From assembly GCF_009914755.1 (NCBI RefSeq), contig NC_060946.1: a stretch of 64,000 nt of DNA. One strand, given 5' to 3'. A program made the position numbers and the translations under genes. Below, piece by piece: positions 14,900 through 29,400 of this stretch. The DNA is from the human T2T-CHM13v2.0 reference genome, Homo sapiens. The notes below the pieces were generated by a model. The model saw only the letters and a program-made list of their open reading frames with translations. It was not told where the DNA came from and did no database searches. Position 1 is the first letter of the stretch; every line of letters begins with the position of its first letter.

Positions 14900-17800
14900 C
14901 AAATGAAATGTAATAGAAGGAAATTGATTCAAATGGAGGTACATCAAACGGAATGAAACCAAATGGAATGGACTGGAATGGCATGAACTGGAAAGGAATG
15001 GGCTCAATTGGAATGTACTTGAATGGAATAAATCGAATGGCATGGAATCGAAAGGAATGGAATGGAATGGAATTGAATTGAATGGAATCGAACGGAATGG
15101 AATCGAATGGAATGGAATTGAATGACATCGAAAGGAATCCAATGTTATGTGGTGAAGTGGACTGTAGTGGAATGGAGAGGAAGGAAGGGGGTTGAATTGA
15201 ATTGAATGCAGTGGAGGGGAGTGGACTGCAATGGAGGGGAATGGAATGGAATGGGGAGGTATGGAATTGAATGGAATGGGAAGGAACGGAATTGAATGGA
15301 GTGGAGTGGAGTCGAATGGAATGGAATAGACTGTAGAGGAGTAGATTTGAGTGGATTGGAATGCAATGGAATGGAATGGAGTGGAATGGAATGGAGTGCA
15401 GTGGAGTGGAGTGGAATGGAATTGTGTGGAGTGGAGTGGAGTGGATTGGAGTGGAATGGAGTGGAATGGAATGGATTGGAGTGGATTGAAGTGTACTGGA
15501 ATGGAATAGAGTGGAGTGGAGTGGAATGAAATGGAATGGAATGGAAAGGAATGAATTGCAATGGAATGGACTCAAATGGAATGGACTGGAATCAAATGTA
15601 CTCCAATGGAAGGGAGTCGAATGGATTGTACTCGAATGGAATGGATTCGAATGGAAAGGAATCACATGGAATTTAATTGAAGGGAATATAATTGAATGGA
15701 ACGGAATGTGTGGATATGGAGCAGAGGGGAATGTATTGGAAGGGAATGGGGTGGAATGGAATTGAATGCAGTAGAGAGCAGAGTCTTGGAATGGAATGGA
15801 ATGGGAAGAAATGGAATTGAACAGAGGTGAGTGTGGTGGAGTGGAGAAGAATGCAATGGAATGGAGTGGAGTGGAGTGGTGCAGAGTGGAATGCAATGGA
15901 GTGGAGAGGAGTGGTAGGGAGCGGATAGGAGTGGAATGGAATGGAGTGGAAAGGAGTGGAGTGGAGTGGAACGTAATGGAATGGAATGGAATGGAATGGA
16001 GTGGAGTGGAATGCAGTGGAGTGGATTGGAATGGAATGAAATGGAATGGAATGGGAAGGAATGGAATTGAACAAAGGGGAGTGGAGTAGAGTGCAGGGAA
16101 ATGCAATGGAATGTAATGGAATGGAGTAGTGTGTAGTGGAGTGGAGTAGTGTGTAGTGGAGTGGAACCGAATGCAAAGGAATGGTATGAAGTGGAAGGGA
16201 GTGGAATGGAAAGTAATTCAATGGAATGGAATTGAATGGAATTGAAAGGAATGGAATGGAACTGAGTGGAATGCAGTCGAATGGACTGGAATGGAATGGA
16301 CACGAATAGAATGGAATGGAATGGAATGGAATGGAATGGAATGGAATGGAATGGAATGGAGTGGATTCGAATGGAATGGAATGGAATGGAATGAACTCAA
16401 CTGGAATGGAATCAAATGGAATGGAATCGAAATGGATGGAATCATATGGAACGGAATGGAATGGAAAGGCAAGGAATGGAATGGAATGGAATAGAATGGA
16501 ATGGACTCGAATGGAATGGAATCGAATGGAATGGATTCGAATGGAATGAAATCAAATGGAATGGGCTGGAATGGAATGAATTGGAAAGGAATTGACTCCA
16601 ATGGAATGTACTCGAATGGAATAAATCGAATGGCATAGAATCGCGGATTAGAATCAAATGAAATGGAATTGAATGGGATGGAATCGAACGGAATGCAGTC
16701 GAATGGAATGGCATCGAATGACTTCGAATGGAATCCAATGGAACGCGGTGAAGTGGAGTGGAGTGGAAAGGAGTTAAACTGAATGGGGTGGAATGGAATT
16801 GAATGCAGTGGAGTGGAGTGGAATGGAGGGAATGGAAGGGAATGGGAATGAATGAAACTGAACGGAGTGGAGTGGAGTGGAGTGGAGTAGAATGCCATGG
16901 AATGGAATAGAACTAACTGGAGTGGAGTGGATTGGAGTGGGGTGGAATGCAATGGAATGGAATGTAGAGGAATGGAATGGAGTTCAGTTGAGTGGAGTGG
17001 AATAAAATTGAGTGGATTGGAGTGGAGTGGAATGGAGTGGATTGGAGTGGAATGGAGTAGAATGGAAAGGAGTGGACTGGAGTGGAATGGAATGGAGTGG
17101 ATTGGAGTGGATTGGAGTAGAATGGAGTGGAATGAAATAGAATGGAATGGAATGGAAAGGAATGCAGTGGAATGGAATGGACTCAAATGGAATGAACTGG
17201 AATATAATTGATGGGAAAAGAAAGTAATCTAATGGAAATGACTCAAATGGATTGTACTCGAATGGAATGGAATCAAATGGAATGGAATCGAATGGAATTT
17301 AACTGAAGGGAATGTATTCGAATGGAACAGAAAGTGGTGATGTGGAGTGGAGTGGAGGGGAATGGATTGGAAGGGAATGGGTGGAATGGAATTGAATGGA
17401 GTGGAGAGAACTGTCATGGAATGGAGTGGAAAGGAATGGAAGGGGAAGGAATGGAATTGAATGGAGGGGAGTGGAGTGGAGTGGAATGCAATGGAATGTA
17501 ATGGAATGAAGTGGAGTGGAGTGGAATGGAATGCAATGGAGTGGAGTGGAGTGGATTGGAGTGGAACGGAATGCAATGGAATGGAATGAAGTGGAATGCA
17601 ATGGAGTGGATTGGAGTGGGGTGCAGTGGAATGGAATCAAATGGAATGGAATGGGAAATTACGTAATTGAACAAAGGGGAGTGGAGTGGAGTGCAATGGA
17701 ATGCAAAGGAATGTAATGTAATGTAATGTAATGGAGTAGGGTGGAGTGGAGTGAATGGAATGCAATGGAATGGAATGAAGTGGAGTGGAGTGGATTCGAA

Positions 17801-18100
17801 TGTAGTCGAGTAGAATAGAGTGGAGTGGTGTGGAATGGAGTGGAGTGGAGTGGAATGGAGTGAAGTGGAATTGTGTGGAATGGATTTTATTGCAGTGGAT
17901 TGGATTGGAGTGGAATGGAGTGGTGTGGAGTGGATTGGAACGGAATGGAGTGGAATAGAGTGGACTCTAATGGAGTGGAAGGGAGTGGAATGGAATGGAA
18001 TGGAGTGGAATGGAATGGACTGGAATGGAAAAGACTGGAATGGAATGGCGTGAAATGGAATGGACTTGAATGGAATGGAATCGAATGCAATGGAATAGAA
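14900..18100 (+). repeat. Diverged ~1.6-kb tandem duplication
   Basis: Three rare markers pair in order: AATAAATCGAATGGCAT (~15031/16624), GGATTGTACTCG (~15625/17251), ACAAAGGGGA (16071/17671). Boundaries are approximate. Confidence 0.7.
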
Positions 18101-21100
18101 TGGAGTGTAACCAAATGGAATGGAATCGAATGGAATGGAGTCGAATGGCATCAAATGGATTCCAATGGAATGCACTCAAGTGGAGTGGAGTAGTGTGAAA
18201 TTGACTGGAATGGAATGGGGTGGAATGGAATTGAAAGGAGTGGAGAGGAGGGGAGTGGAATGGAGTGGAGTGGAATGGAATGGGAAAGAATGGAATTGAA
18301 CAGAGCAGAGTGGGTTGGAGTGGAGTAGAATGCAATGGATTGGAATGGGAAAGAATGGAATTGAACGGAGAAGAGTGGCATTTCGAGTGGTGTGGTTTGC
18401 AATGGAATGGAGTGGAGTGGAGTGGAGTGTTGTGGAGTGGAGTGGAACGGAGTAGAATGGAGCGGAGTGGAGTTGAGCGGAATGGAGTGGATTGGAGTGG
18501 AGTGGAATGGAGTGGAATCAAGTTGACTGGAATGGAGTGGAATGGAATGGACTTGGGTCGAATCAACTGGAATGCAATGTACTGGAAAGGCACGAATTCC
18601 AATGGATTGGAAACGAACCGAATGGACTCAAATGGAACGGAGAAGAACGGAATGGACTTGAATGGGATGGACTCAAATGGAATAGAATCGAATGGAATGG
18701 AATCGACTGGAATGGAATCAAATGGAAAGAAGTACAATGGAATGTAACCAAATAGAACCGAAAGGAATCGAATGGAATGCAGTGAGGATAGTGAAGTGGA
18801 CTGGATTGGATTGGATTGGAATGGAATGGGGTGGAATGGAATTGAATGGAGTGTGGTGGAGTGGAGTGGAATGGAGTGCAACAGAATGGAATGAGAAGGA
18901 ATGGAATTGAACGGAGTGCCATGGAATGTAATGGAGTGGAGTGGAATGCAATGGAATGGAATGAAAAAGAATGGAATGGAATGAAAAAAATGGAATGGAA
19001 TGGAATGGAATGGAATAAATGGAATGAAATCAAATGGGTTGGAATCAAATGGAATGGAATTGAATTTAATCGAACAGAATAAAATGAAATGTGGTGAAGT
19101 GGAGTGGAGTGGAATGCATTGGAATGGAATAGAATGGACAGGAGTGGACTGAAGTGGACCTGACTGGAGTGAAATGGAATGGAGTGGAGTGGAGTGGAAT
19201 TGAATGGAATGGGCTCGAATGGAATGGAATCAAATGGAATGGAGTCTTATAGAATGGAATCGATTGGAATGGAATCGAATGAAATGGTATTGAATGGCAT
19301 CGAATGAAATTGAATGGAATGCGTTGAAGTTGAGTGGAGTGGAGTGGAGTGGAATGGAATGGGGTGGAATGGAAGTGAATGGAGTGGAGTTGATTGCAGT
19401 GGAATGGAGTGGAACGGAATGCAATGGGATGGAATGGAATTGAACATAGTGGAGTGAAGTGGACTGGAGTGGAAAAGAGTGGAGTGGAGTGGAATGGAAT
19501 GGAGTGGAGTGGAGTGGATTCGAGTGGAGTGGATAGGAGTGGAGTGGAATGGATTGGAATGCAATGGAGTGGAATGTAGTGGAGTGGAGTGAAGTGCAAT
19601 GGATTGGAGACGAGTGGAGTTTAGTGGAATGGAAGGGAGTGCAGTGTAATGGAGTTGAGTGGAGTGGAGAGGAGTGGTGTGTAATGGAGTGGAATCGAGT
19701 GAAATGGAATAAATGGAATGGAATTGAATGTATTGTAATCAAACGGAATGGAATTGAATTTCATCAAATGGAATCAAATGGAATGTGGTGAAGTGGAGTG
19801 GAGAGGAATGCAGTGGAATGGAATGGAATGGAAAGGAGTGGAGTGGAGTGGAGTGGAATTGAATGGAATGGTCTCGAATGGAATGGAATCGAATGGAATG
19901 GAGCCTAATAGAATGGAATCGATTGGAATGAAATCAAAGTCAATGGTATTGAACAGCATCGAATGCAATTGAATGGAATGGGATGGAGTGCAGTGGAATG
20001 GAGTAGAGTGGAGTGGAGAGGAGTAGAGTGGAATGGAGTGGAATGGAATGGAGTGCAGTGGAGTGAAATGGAATGGAATGGCATGGAAAAAAATGGAGTG
20101 GACTGGAGTGGAGTGGAATTGAATGGAATGGACTCTAATGGAATGGAATGGAATAGAATGGAGTGGGGTGCAGTAGATTGGAAAGGAATGGAATAGAATG
20201 GAATGGAAAGGAATGGAATGGAATGGAATGGAAAAGAATGGAGTTGAATGGACTCGAATGGAATGGACTGGAATGAAATGGACTCGAATGCAATGGAGTC
20301 GAATGGAACGGAATTGGATGCAATGGCATTGAATGGAGTGGAATGCAATGGAATGTAAAGGAATGGAGTGTAGTGGAGTGTAGTGGAGTGGAATGCAATG
20401 GAGTGGAGTGGAGTGGATTGGAGTTGAATTTAATGGAATGGAATGGAATGCAGTGTAATGGAATGGAGTGGAGTGGAGTGGGCTGGCGTGGAATGGAATT
20501 GTATGAAGGATAGTGGAGTGGAGTGAAGTGGAATGCAATGGAATGTAAGGTAATGGAGTAGGGTGGAGTGGAGTGGAATTGAATGCAATGGAATGGAATG
20601 GAGTGGAGTGGAGTGGAGTGGAATGTAGTGGAGTGGAGTAGAGTGGATTGGTGTGGAATGGAGTGGAGTGGAATGGAGTGGAATAGAAAGGAACGGAAAG
20701 GAATGGGGTGGTGTTGAGTGGAGTGGAATTGAATGGAATGGACTGTAATGGAAAGGAATTTAATGGAATGAAGGGGAATGCAGTGGAGTGGAATGGAATG
20801 GAATGGAACGGAATGGAATGGACTCGAATGGAATGTACTGCAATGAAATGGACTCAAATGGAATGGAGTCAAATGGAATGGAGTCAAATAGAACAGAATT
20901 GAACGGAATGGAATCGAATGAAGAGGAATTCAATGGAATATAATGGAATGGAGTGAAGTGAAGTGGAGTGGAATGTAATGGAGTGGAATGCAGTGGAGTG
21001 GAGTGGAATTTAATTTAATGGAATGGAATGGAGTGCAGTGGAGTGGAGTGGAGTGGAGTTCAGGGGAGTGGAGTGCAATTTAATGTAATGGAATGGAATG

Positions 21101-24100
21101 GAGTGCAGTGGAGTGGAGTGGAATGGAATTGTTTGGAGGGGAGTGGAGTGGAGTGCAGTGGAATGCAATGGAATGTGATTAAGTGGAGTAGGGTTGAGTA
21201 GAGTGGTATCGAATACAATGGAACAGAATGGATTGGAGTGGAGTGGAATGTAGTGGAGTGGAGTAGAGTGCAGTGCTTTGGAAAGGAGTGGATTGGAGTG
21301 TAATTGAATGGAATGGAATGGAGTGGAATGGATTTTACGGGAGTGGAGCGGAGTGGAATGGAGTGGATTGGACTGGATTGGAGTGGAATGGAGTGGAATC
21401 GAGTAGACCCCAATGAAGTTTAATGGAGTGGAATGTAATGGAATGGAATGGAATGAAATGGAATGGACTCAAAAGGAAAGGACTAAAATGGAAGGGAGTG
21501 GACTGGATAGGACTCCAATGAAATGGAATCAAACAGAAAGGAATAGAATGGAATGTTACCGAATGGAGAGGAATCGAATGGAAGGCAGTCAAACGGCATC
21601 TAATGGAATCCAACTGAATGCGGTGAAGTGGATTGGAATGGTGTGAATTGGAGTGGAATGGAATGGGGTGGAATGGAATTGAATGGAGTGGAGTGGAGTG
21701 GAGGGGAATGGAGTGGAGTGCAATGGAATGGGAATGAATGGAATTGAATGGAGCGGAGTGGGGTGGAGTAGAGTGGAATGCAATGGATTGGAATGGGAAA
21801 GAATGGTATTGAAAGGAGCAGAGTGGGGTGAAGTGGAGTGGAATGCAATGGAATGGAATGGAGTGGAGTGGCGTGGAGTGGAATGGAGTCGAATCAAGTG
21901 GACTGGAATGGAGTGGAATGCAATGGACTCAAATAGAATGAACTGGAATAGAATGGACTGGAATGGAATGGTCTCCAACGGATTGGACATGAAAGGTATG
22001 GACTGGAATGGGACGGAATGGAATGGAGTGGACTCGAATGGGATGGACAAGAATGGAATACACTCGAATGGAATGGAATCGAATGGAATGGAATACAATG
22101 GAATGCAATCAAATGGAATCAAATGGAATGGAATGGAATGCAGTGAAAGGGAGTGCAGTGGAGTGGATATGAGTGGAATGTAATGGGGTGGAATCAAATT
22201 GAATGGAGTGGGGTGGAGTGGAGTGGAATGGAGTGGAATGGAATGGGCAGGAATGGAATTGAACGGAGTGGAGTGGAATGGATTGGTGTGGAGTGGAATG
22301 CAATGGAATGGAATGGAAAGGTAAGGAATGGAGTGGAATGGAATGGAATGGAATCGAATGGGTTGGAATCAAACGGAATGGAATTGAATTTCATCGAATG
22401 GAATCGAATGGAATGCAGTGAAGTGGAGTGGAGAGAAGTAGAATGCAAGGGAATGGAATGGAATGCAATGGACAGGAGTGGAATGGTGTGGAGTTGACTG
22501 GAGGGGAATGGAATGGAATGTAATTGACAGGAGTGGAGTGGAGTGGACAGGAATGGAATGGAGTGGAGTGGAATGGAATGAAATATTCTCGAATGGAAAG
22601 GAGTCAAATGGAATGGAGTCTAACAGAATGGAATCGATTGGAATGGAATCGAATGGAATGGTTTCAAAAGACATTCAATGGAAATAAATGTAAAGCATTG
22701 AAATTGAGGGGAGTGGAGTGGAGTGTAATGGAATGTGGTGGAACGGAATTGAATGGAGTGGAGTGGATTGGAGTGCAATGGAGTGGAAAAGAATGGAATG
22801 TGACGGAATGGAATAGAACGTAGTGGAATGGAGTGAAGTGGAACAGAGTGGAGAGGAGTGGAGTGGAATGGAGAGGAGTGGAGTGGAATGGATTGGAGTG
22901 GAGTGGATAGGAATGGAGTGGAATGGTGTGCAATGGAATGGAGTGGAATGGAATGGAGCGTACTGAAGTGGAATGGATTGGAGAGGAGTGGATTGGAATG
23001 GTACGGAGTACAGTGGAATGGAGTGGAGTGGAGAGGAGTGGAGTGGAATGGAGTGGAATGGAGTGGAATGGAATGGATTGGAGTGAAATGGAATGGAATG
23101 GCATGGAAAGGAATGGAGTGGAATGGAGTGGAGTGGAGTGGAATTGAATGGAATAGACTCTAATGGAATAGAATGGAGTGGGGTGCAGTGGAATGGAATG
23201 GAATGGAATGGAATGGAATGGAATGGAATGGAGTTGAATGTACTCGAATGGAATGGACTCGAATGAAATGGACTCAAAGGGAATGGAGTTGAATGGAATG
23301 GAATTGAATAGATTGGAATTGAATGGAGTGGAATGCCACGGAATCTAAAGGAATGGATTGGAGTGTAGTGTAGTGGAGTGTAATGCAATGGAGTTGAGTA
23401 GAATGGAATGGATTGGAGTGGGATTTAATGGAATGGAATGGAATGCAGTGTAATGGAATTGAGTGGAGTGGAGTGGAGTGGCGTGTAAGGGAATTCTATG
23501 TAGTGGAGTGGAGTGGAGTGCAGTAGAATGCAATGGAATGGAATGGAATGGAGTAGGGTGGAGTGGAGTGGAATGGAATGCAACGGAATGGAGTGGAGTG
23601 GAGTGAAGTCGAATGTAGTAGAGTGGAGTAGATTGGAGGGGTGTGGAATGGAGTGGAGTGGAGTGGAGTGGAATGGAGTGGAGTAGAATGGATTGGAGTG
23701 GAATGGAGTAGAATCAAGTGGATTTTAATGGAGTGGAATGGAGTGGAATGGAATGGAATGGACTCCAATGGAAAGGACTAAAATGGAATGGAGTGGAATG
23801 GAACAGACTCGAATAGAATGGGATCAAAGGAATGAAAAGGAATGGAATGCAACCGAATGGAAAGGCATCAAATGGAATGGAGTTGAATGGCATCAAATGG
23901 AATCCAATTGAAAGCGGTCAAGTGGAGTGGAGAGGTGTGAAATGGAGTGGAAGGGAATGCTGTGGAAAGGAATTGAATGGAATGGAGTGGATTGGAGTGG
24001 AATGGAATGGAGTGGCATTGAATGGGAAAGAGTGGAATTGAACGGAGTGGAGTGGGGTGGAGTAGAGTGGAATGCAATGAATTGGAATGTGAAAGAATGG

Positions 24101-26177
24101 AATTGAACGGAGCAGAGTGGGGTGAAGTGGAGTGGAATACAATGGAATAGAATGGAATGGAGTGGAGTAGAGTGGAGTGGAGTGGTGTGGAGTGGAGTGG
24201 ACTAGAATGAAGTGGAGTGGAGTGGAATGGAGTGGCATCAAGGAGACTGGAATGGAGTGGAACGGAATGGAATCGAATCGCATGAACTGTAATGGAATGG
24301 ACTGTAATGGAATGGACTCCAATGGATTGGACATGAATGGAATGGGCTCGAATGGAGTGTAATGGAATGGAATCGAATGGGATGAACTCGAATGGAATGG
24401 ACTCGAATGAAATGGAAACGAATGGAATGGAATTGAAAGGAATGTTATCGAATGGAATGGAATCAAATGGAATTGAATACAATGGAATGGATTCAAATGG
24501 AATTGAATAGAATTGAATTGAATGCAGTAAATGGGAGTGCAGTGGAGTGGATAGGAGTGGAATGGAATGGGGTGGAATGGAAATCAATGGAGAGGGCTGG
24601 AGTGGACTGGAATGGATTGCAATGGAATGGAATGGGAAGGAATGGAATTGAACGGAGTGGAGTGGAATGAATTGGAGTGGAGTGGAATGCAATGCAATGG
24701 AATGGAAAGGAATGGAATGGAATAAATGGAATGGAAACGAAGGGGCTGTAATCATATAGAATGGAATTGAATTTCATAGAATGGAATCGAATGGAAAGCA
24801 GTGTAGTCGAGTGGATTGGAGTGGAATGCAGGGGAATGGAATGGAATACAATGGACAGGAGGGGAGTGTAGTGTAGCGTAGTGTAGTGGACTGGAGAGGA
24901 ATGGAATGGAATGCGATGGAGAGGAGTGGAGTGGAGTGGACTGCAGTGGAATGGAATGGAGTGGAGTGGAGTGGAATGGAATGGAATGGCCTCGAATGGA
25001 ATGGAATCGAATGGAATGGAGTCTAATAGAGTGGAATCGACTGGAATGAAATCGAAAGGAATGGTATTGAATGGCATCGAATGGAATTTAAGGGAATGCA
25101 TTGAAGTTGAGTGGAGAGGAGTGCAGTGTAACGGAACGGCATGGAATGGAAATGAGTGGAATGGAGTGTATTGGAGTGGAATAGAGAGGAAAGGAATGCA
25201 ACGAGACGGAATGAAATTGAAGGTAGGGGAGTGCAGTGAAGTGGAATGGAGCAGAGAGGAGTGGAGTGGAATGGAATGGAGTGGAGTGGAATGGATTGGA
25301 GTGGAGTGGATAGGAGTGGAGTGTAATAGAATCGAGTGGAATGGAATGGAGTGGAGTGACGTGGAATGGAATGGAGAAGAGTGGAGTGGAGTGGAATGGA
25401 ATGGAGTGCAGTGGAATGGAGTGGGATGGAGTGGAGAGGAGTGGAATGGAATGGAGTGGAATGGAATGGAGTGGAATGGAATGTAGTGGAGTGGAATGGA
25501 ATGGAAAGGAATGGAGTGAAATGGAGTGGAGTGGATTGGAGTGGAATTGAATGGAATGGACTGTAATGGAATGTAATGGAGTGAAATGGAGTGGAGTGGA
25601 GTGGAATTGAATGGAATGGACTGTAATGGAATGGAATGGAGTGGTATGGTGTGGAGTGCAGTGGAGTGGAATGCAATGGAATGGAAATGAATGGAGTGGA
25701 ATGGACTCAAATGGAATGGTTTCGAATGGAAGGGAATTGAAGGGAATGGAATCGAACGGATTGGAATGCAACGGAATGTAATGGAATGGAGTGTAGTGCC
25801 GTGGAATGCAATGGAGTGGAGTGGAGTGGAGTGGATTGTAGTGGAATGTAATGTAATAGAATGGAGTGGAATGGAATGGAGAGGAGAGGAGTGGAGTGGA
25901 ATGGAATTGTATGGAGGGGAGTGGGGTGAAGTGCAGTGGAATGCAATCGAATGTAATGGAATGGATTAGGGTGGAGTGGAGTGGAATAGAATGCAATGGA
26001 ATGGAATGGAGTGGAGTGGAGTGGAGTGGAATGGAGAGGAATATAGTGAAGTGGAGTACAGTGGAGTGGTGTGGAATGCAGTGGAGTGGAATGGAATGGA
26101 GTGGAGTGAAATGGAGTGGAATGGATTTTAGGGTACTGGACTGGAGTGGAGTTGAATGGAGTGGAGTGGAATGGATT

Positions 26178-26416
26178 GGAGTGGAATAGAGTGGAATCGA
26201 GTGGACTCTAATGGAGTGGAATGGAGTGGAATGGAATGGAATAGAACGGAACGGAATGGAATGCAATGGACTCGCATGCAAAGGACTAAAATGGAAAGGA
26301 GTGGAATAGAGTGGAATCGAGTGGACTCTAATGGAGTGGAATGGAGTGGAATGGAATGGAATAGAACGGAACGGAATGGAATGCAATGGACTCGCATGCA
26401 AAGGACTAAAATGGAA
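26178..26416 (+). repeat. 120-bp perfect tandem duplication
   Basis: CTCGCATGCAAAGGACTAAAATGG at 26271 and 26391. The lines starting 26221 and 26341 are identical. Confidence 0.93.
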
Positions 26417-29400
26417 TGGAGTGGAATGGAATGGACGCGAATGGAATGGAATCAAATGTGATGGAATCGAATGGAATGTTAGCGAATGGAAAGGAATCGA
26501 ATGAAATGGAGTCGAATGGCATTGAATGGAATCCAATTGAATGCAGTAAAGTGAAGTGGAGTGGTGTGAAATGGACTGGAATGGAATGCGGTGGAATGGA
26601 ATTGAATGGAGTGGAGTGGAGTGGAATGGAGAGGAATGAAATGGAATGGGAAAGAATGGAACGGAAAGGAGCGGAGTGGGATGGAGTAGTACACAATGCA
26701 ATGTATTGCAAGGGGAAAGAATGGAATGTAACGGTGAGGAGTGGGGTGCAGAAGAAGGGAATGCAATGGATTGGAAGAAGAAAGAATGGAATTTAACGGA
26801 TCACACTGGGGTGAAGAGGAGTGGAATGGAATGGAATGGACTGCAGTGGAGTGGAGTGGATTGGTGTGGAGTGGAGTGGAGTGTAATGGAGTGGAGTTGA
26901 ATGGAGTGGAATGGAGTGGAGTGGAGTGGAAAGGAGTAGAGTATAGTGGAGTGGAATGGAGTGGAATCAAGTGGACTGGAATGGAGTGGAATTGAATGGA
27001 CTCGAATCAAATTAACTGGAATGGAATGGACTGGAAAGGAATGGTCTCCAATGGATTGGACACAAAAGGAATGGAATCGAATGGAACGGAATGGAATTTG
27101 CTCGAATGCGATCGAGTCGAATGGAATAGACTCGAATGCAATGAAATCGAATGGAATGGAATCAAATGGAATGGAATGGAATGGAATGGAATGGAATGGA
27201 ATACAATGGAAAGGAATTAAATGGAATAGAATGTAATGCAGTGAAGGGGAGTGCAGTGGACTGGATTGGATTGGAATGGAATGGGGTGGAATGAAATTGA
27301 ATGGAGTGGGGTTGAGTGGAGTGGAATGAAGTGGAATAGAATGGAATGGGAAGGAATGGAATTAAACGGAGTGGAGGGGAATGGATTGGACAGCAGTGGA
27401 GTGGAGTGAAATGTAATGGAATGCAGTGGAATTGAGTGGAATGGAGTGGAGAGAACTGGAGTGGAATGTAGTGGAATGGAATGCTGTGGAATGGAATGGA
27501 GTGGAGTGGAATGGAATGGAATGGAATGGAATGGAATGGAATGGAATGGAGTGGAATGGAGAGGAGTGGAGTGGAGTTGAATTGAATCTAATGGACTATA
27601 AACGGTTGCAATGATTGGAATGGAGTGGAGTGGAATGGACTCAAATGGAATGGACTGGAAAAGAATGGACTCGAATTGAATGGAGTCGAATGGAATGGAA
27701 TCAAAAGGAATGGAGTCAAATGCAATGGAACAAGTGGAATGGAATCGAATGGGTTGGAATCAAAAGGAGTGGAATTGAAATTCATAGAATGGAATCGAAT
27801 GGAATGTCGTGAAGAGAAGTGGATTGGAATGGAATGCAGTGGATTGGAATAGAATGGAATGGAGTGGACTGGAAGGGAGTGGAAGGGAGTGGAGTGGAAT
27901 GGAACAAAGTGGAGTGCAGTGGAGTGGATTGGAATTTAGCGGAGTGGAATGGAGTGGAGTGCAATGGAATAGAGTGGAGTAGAGTGGAGTGTAGGGGTGT
28001 GGATGGGAGTGGAATGAAATGGAATGGAATGGAGTGGAGTAGAGTGGAGTGGAGTGGAATGGAGTGGAATGGAGTGGTGTGAAGTAGAATCGAGTTGAGT
28101 GGAAAGGAGTAGAGTGGAATACAGTGGAATGGCTGGAGTCAAGTGGAGTGGAGTGAAGTGGAGTGGAATGGAATGGAGTGGAGTGGATTGGAGTGGAATG
28201 GAGGGGAATGGAATGGAGTGGATTGGAGTGGAATTGTGAGGAATGGAACAGAATGGAGTGCACTCAAACAAACTGGACTGGAAATGTATGGACTCGAATG
28301 GATTGGACTCGAATGGATAGGAATGGATGGAATGGAATGGAAAGGAATCGAATCAAATGGAACGAAATCGAATGGGATCAAATGGAATCGAATGGAATGC
28401 TGAAAGGTGGAGTGGAGTGGAATGAAACAGAATGGAATGGAGTGGAGTGGAGTGGAGCGGTTTGTAATGGAGTGGAGCTGAATGGAATTTAGTGGAGTGG
28501 AGTGGGGTTGAATGTAATGTAATTGAATGTAATGTCATGGAATGGAGTAGAGTGGGTTGGAGTGGAATGGAATGGAATGAAATGAAATGGTGTGGAGTGG
28601 CTTGGAGTGGAATGAAACAGAATGGAATGGAGTGGAGTGGAGTGGAGTGGAATTGAATGGAGTGCAGTGGAATGTAATGGAATGGATTGGACTGGAGTGG
28701 AGTGGAGAGGAAAGGAACGGGGTGGAGTGGAGTGGAGCGAAGTCGAATGGAGTTGAGTGGAGTGGAACGGAATGTAGTGTAATGGAATGTAATGGAGTGG
28801 AGTGGTGCTACATGCAGTGGAATGGAGTGGAAAGGAGTGGATTGAAGTGGAATGGAGTGGAGTGGAATGGAATGGAATGGAATGGAGTGGAATCGAAAGG
28901 AATGGAATCGAACGGAATGGAATCAAATGGAATCGAATGGTACAGAATGGAATCGAATGCAATGTAATCGAAAGAAATGGAATCAAATAGATTGGAATTG
29001 TATGGCATCGAATGGAATCCAATGGAATGTGGTGAAGTGGAGTGGAGTGGAGTGGAATCCAGTGGAATGGAATGCGTTGGAAGGGAATGGAGTGGTGTGA
29101 AGTGGAGTGGAAGGGAGTGGAATGGAATGGAATAGGAAGTAATGGAATTGAACAGAGTGGATTGGAGTGGAGTGGAGTGGAAAGGAAAGCAATGGAATGG
29201 AATGGAATCGAGTGGAGTGGAGTCGAGTGAAATGAAATGGAAGGGAATCAGTGGAGTGGATTGGAGTGGAATGGAGTGGAGTGGAATGGAGTAGAATGGA
29301 GTGGAGTGGAGTGGATTGGAATGGAGGCTATTGGAATGGAGTGGAGCGGAGTGGAGTGGATTGGAATGGAATGCAAAGGAAAGGAATACAGTGTAAGGCA

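Noticed and set aside
22580-22594. Near-canonical heat shock element (AAAtaTTCtcGAA)
   Set aside because: It has one mismatch, is isolated, and is expected by chance in a GAA-rich array. Most nGAAn units here are direct rather than inverted repeats.
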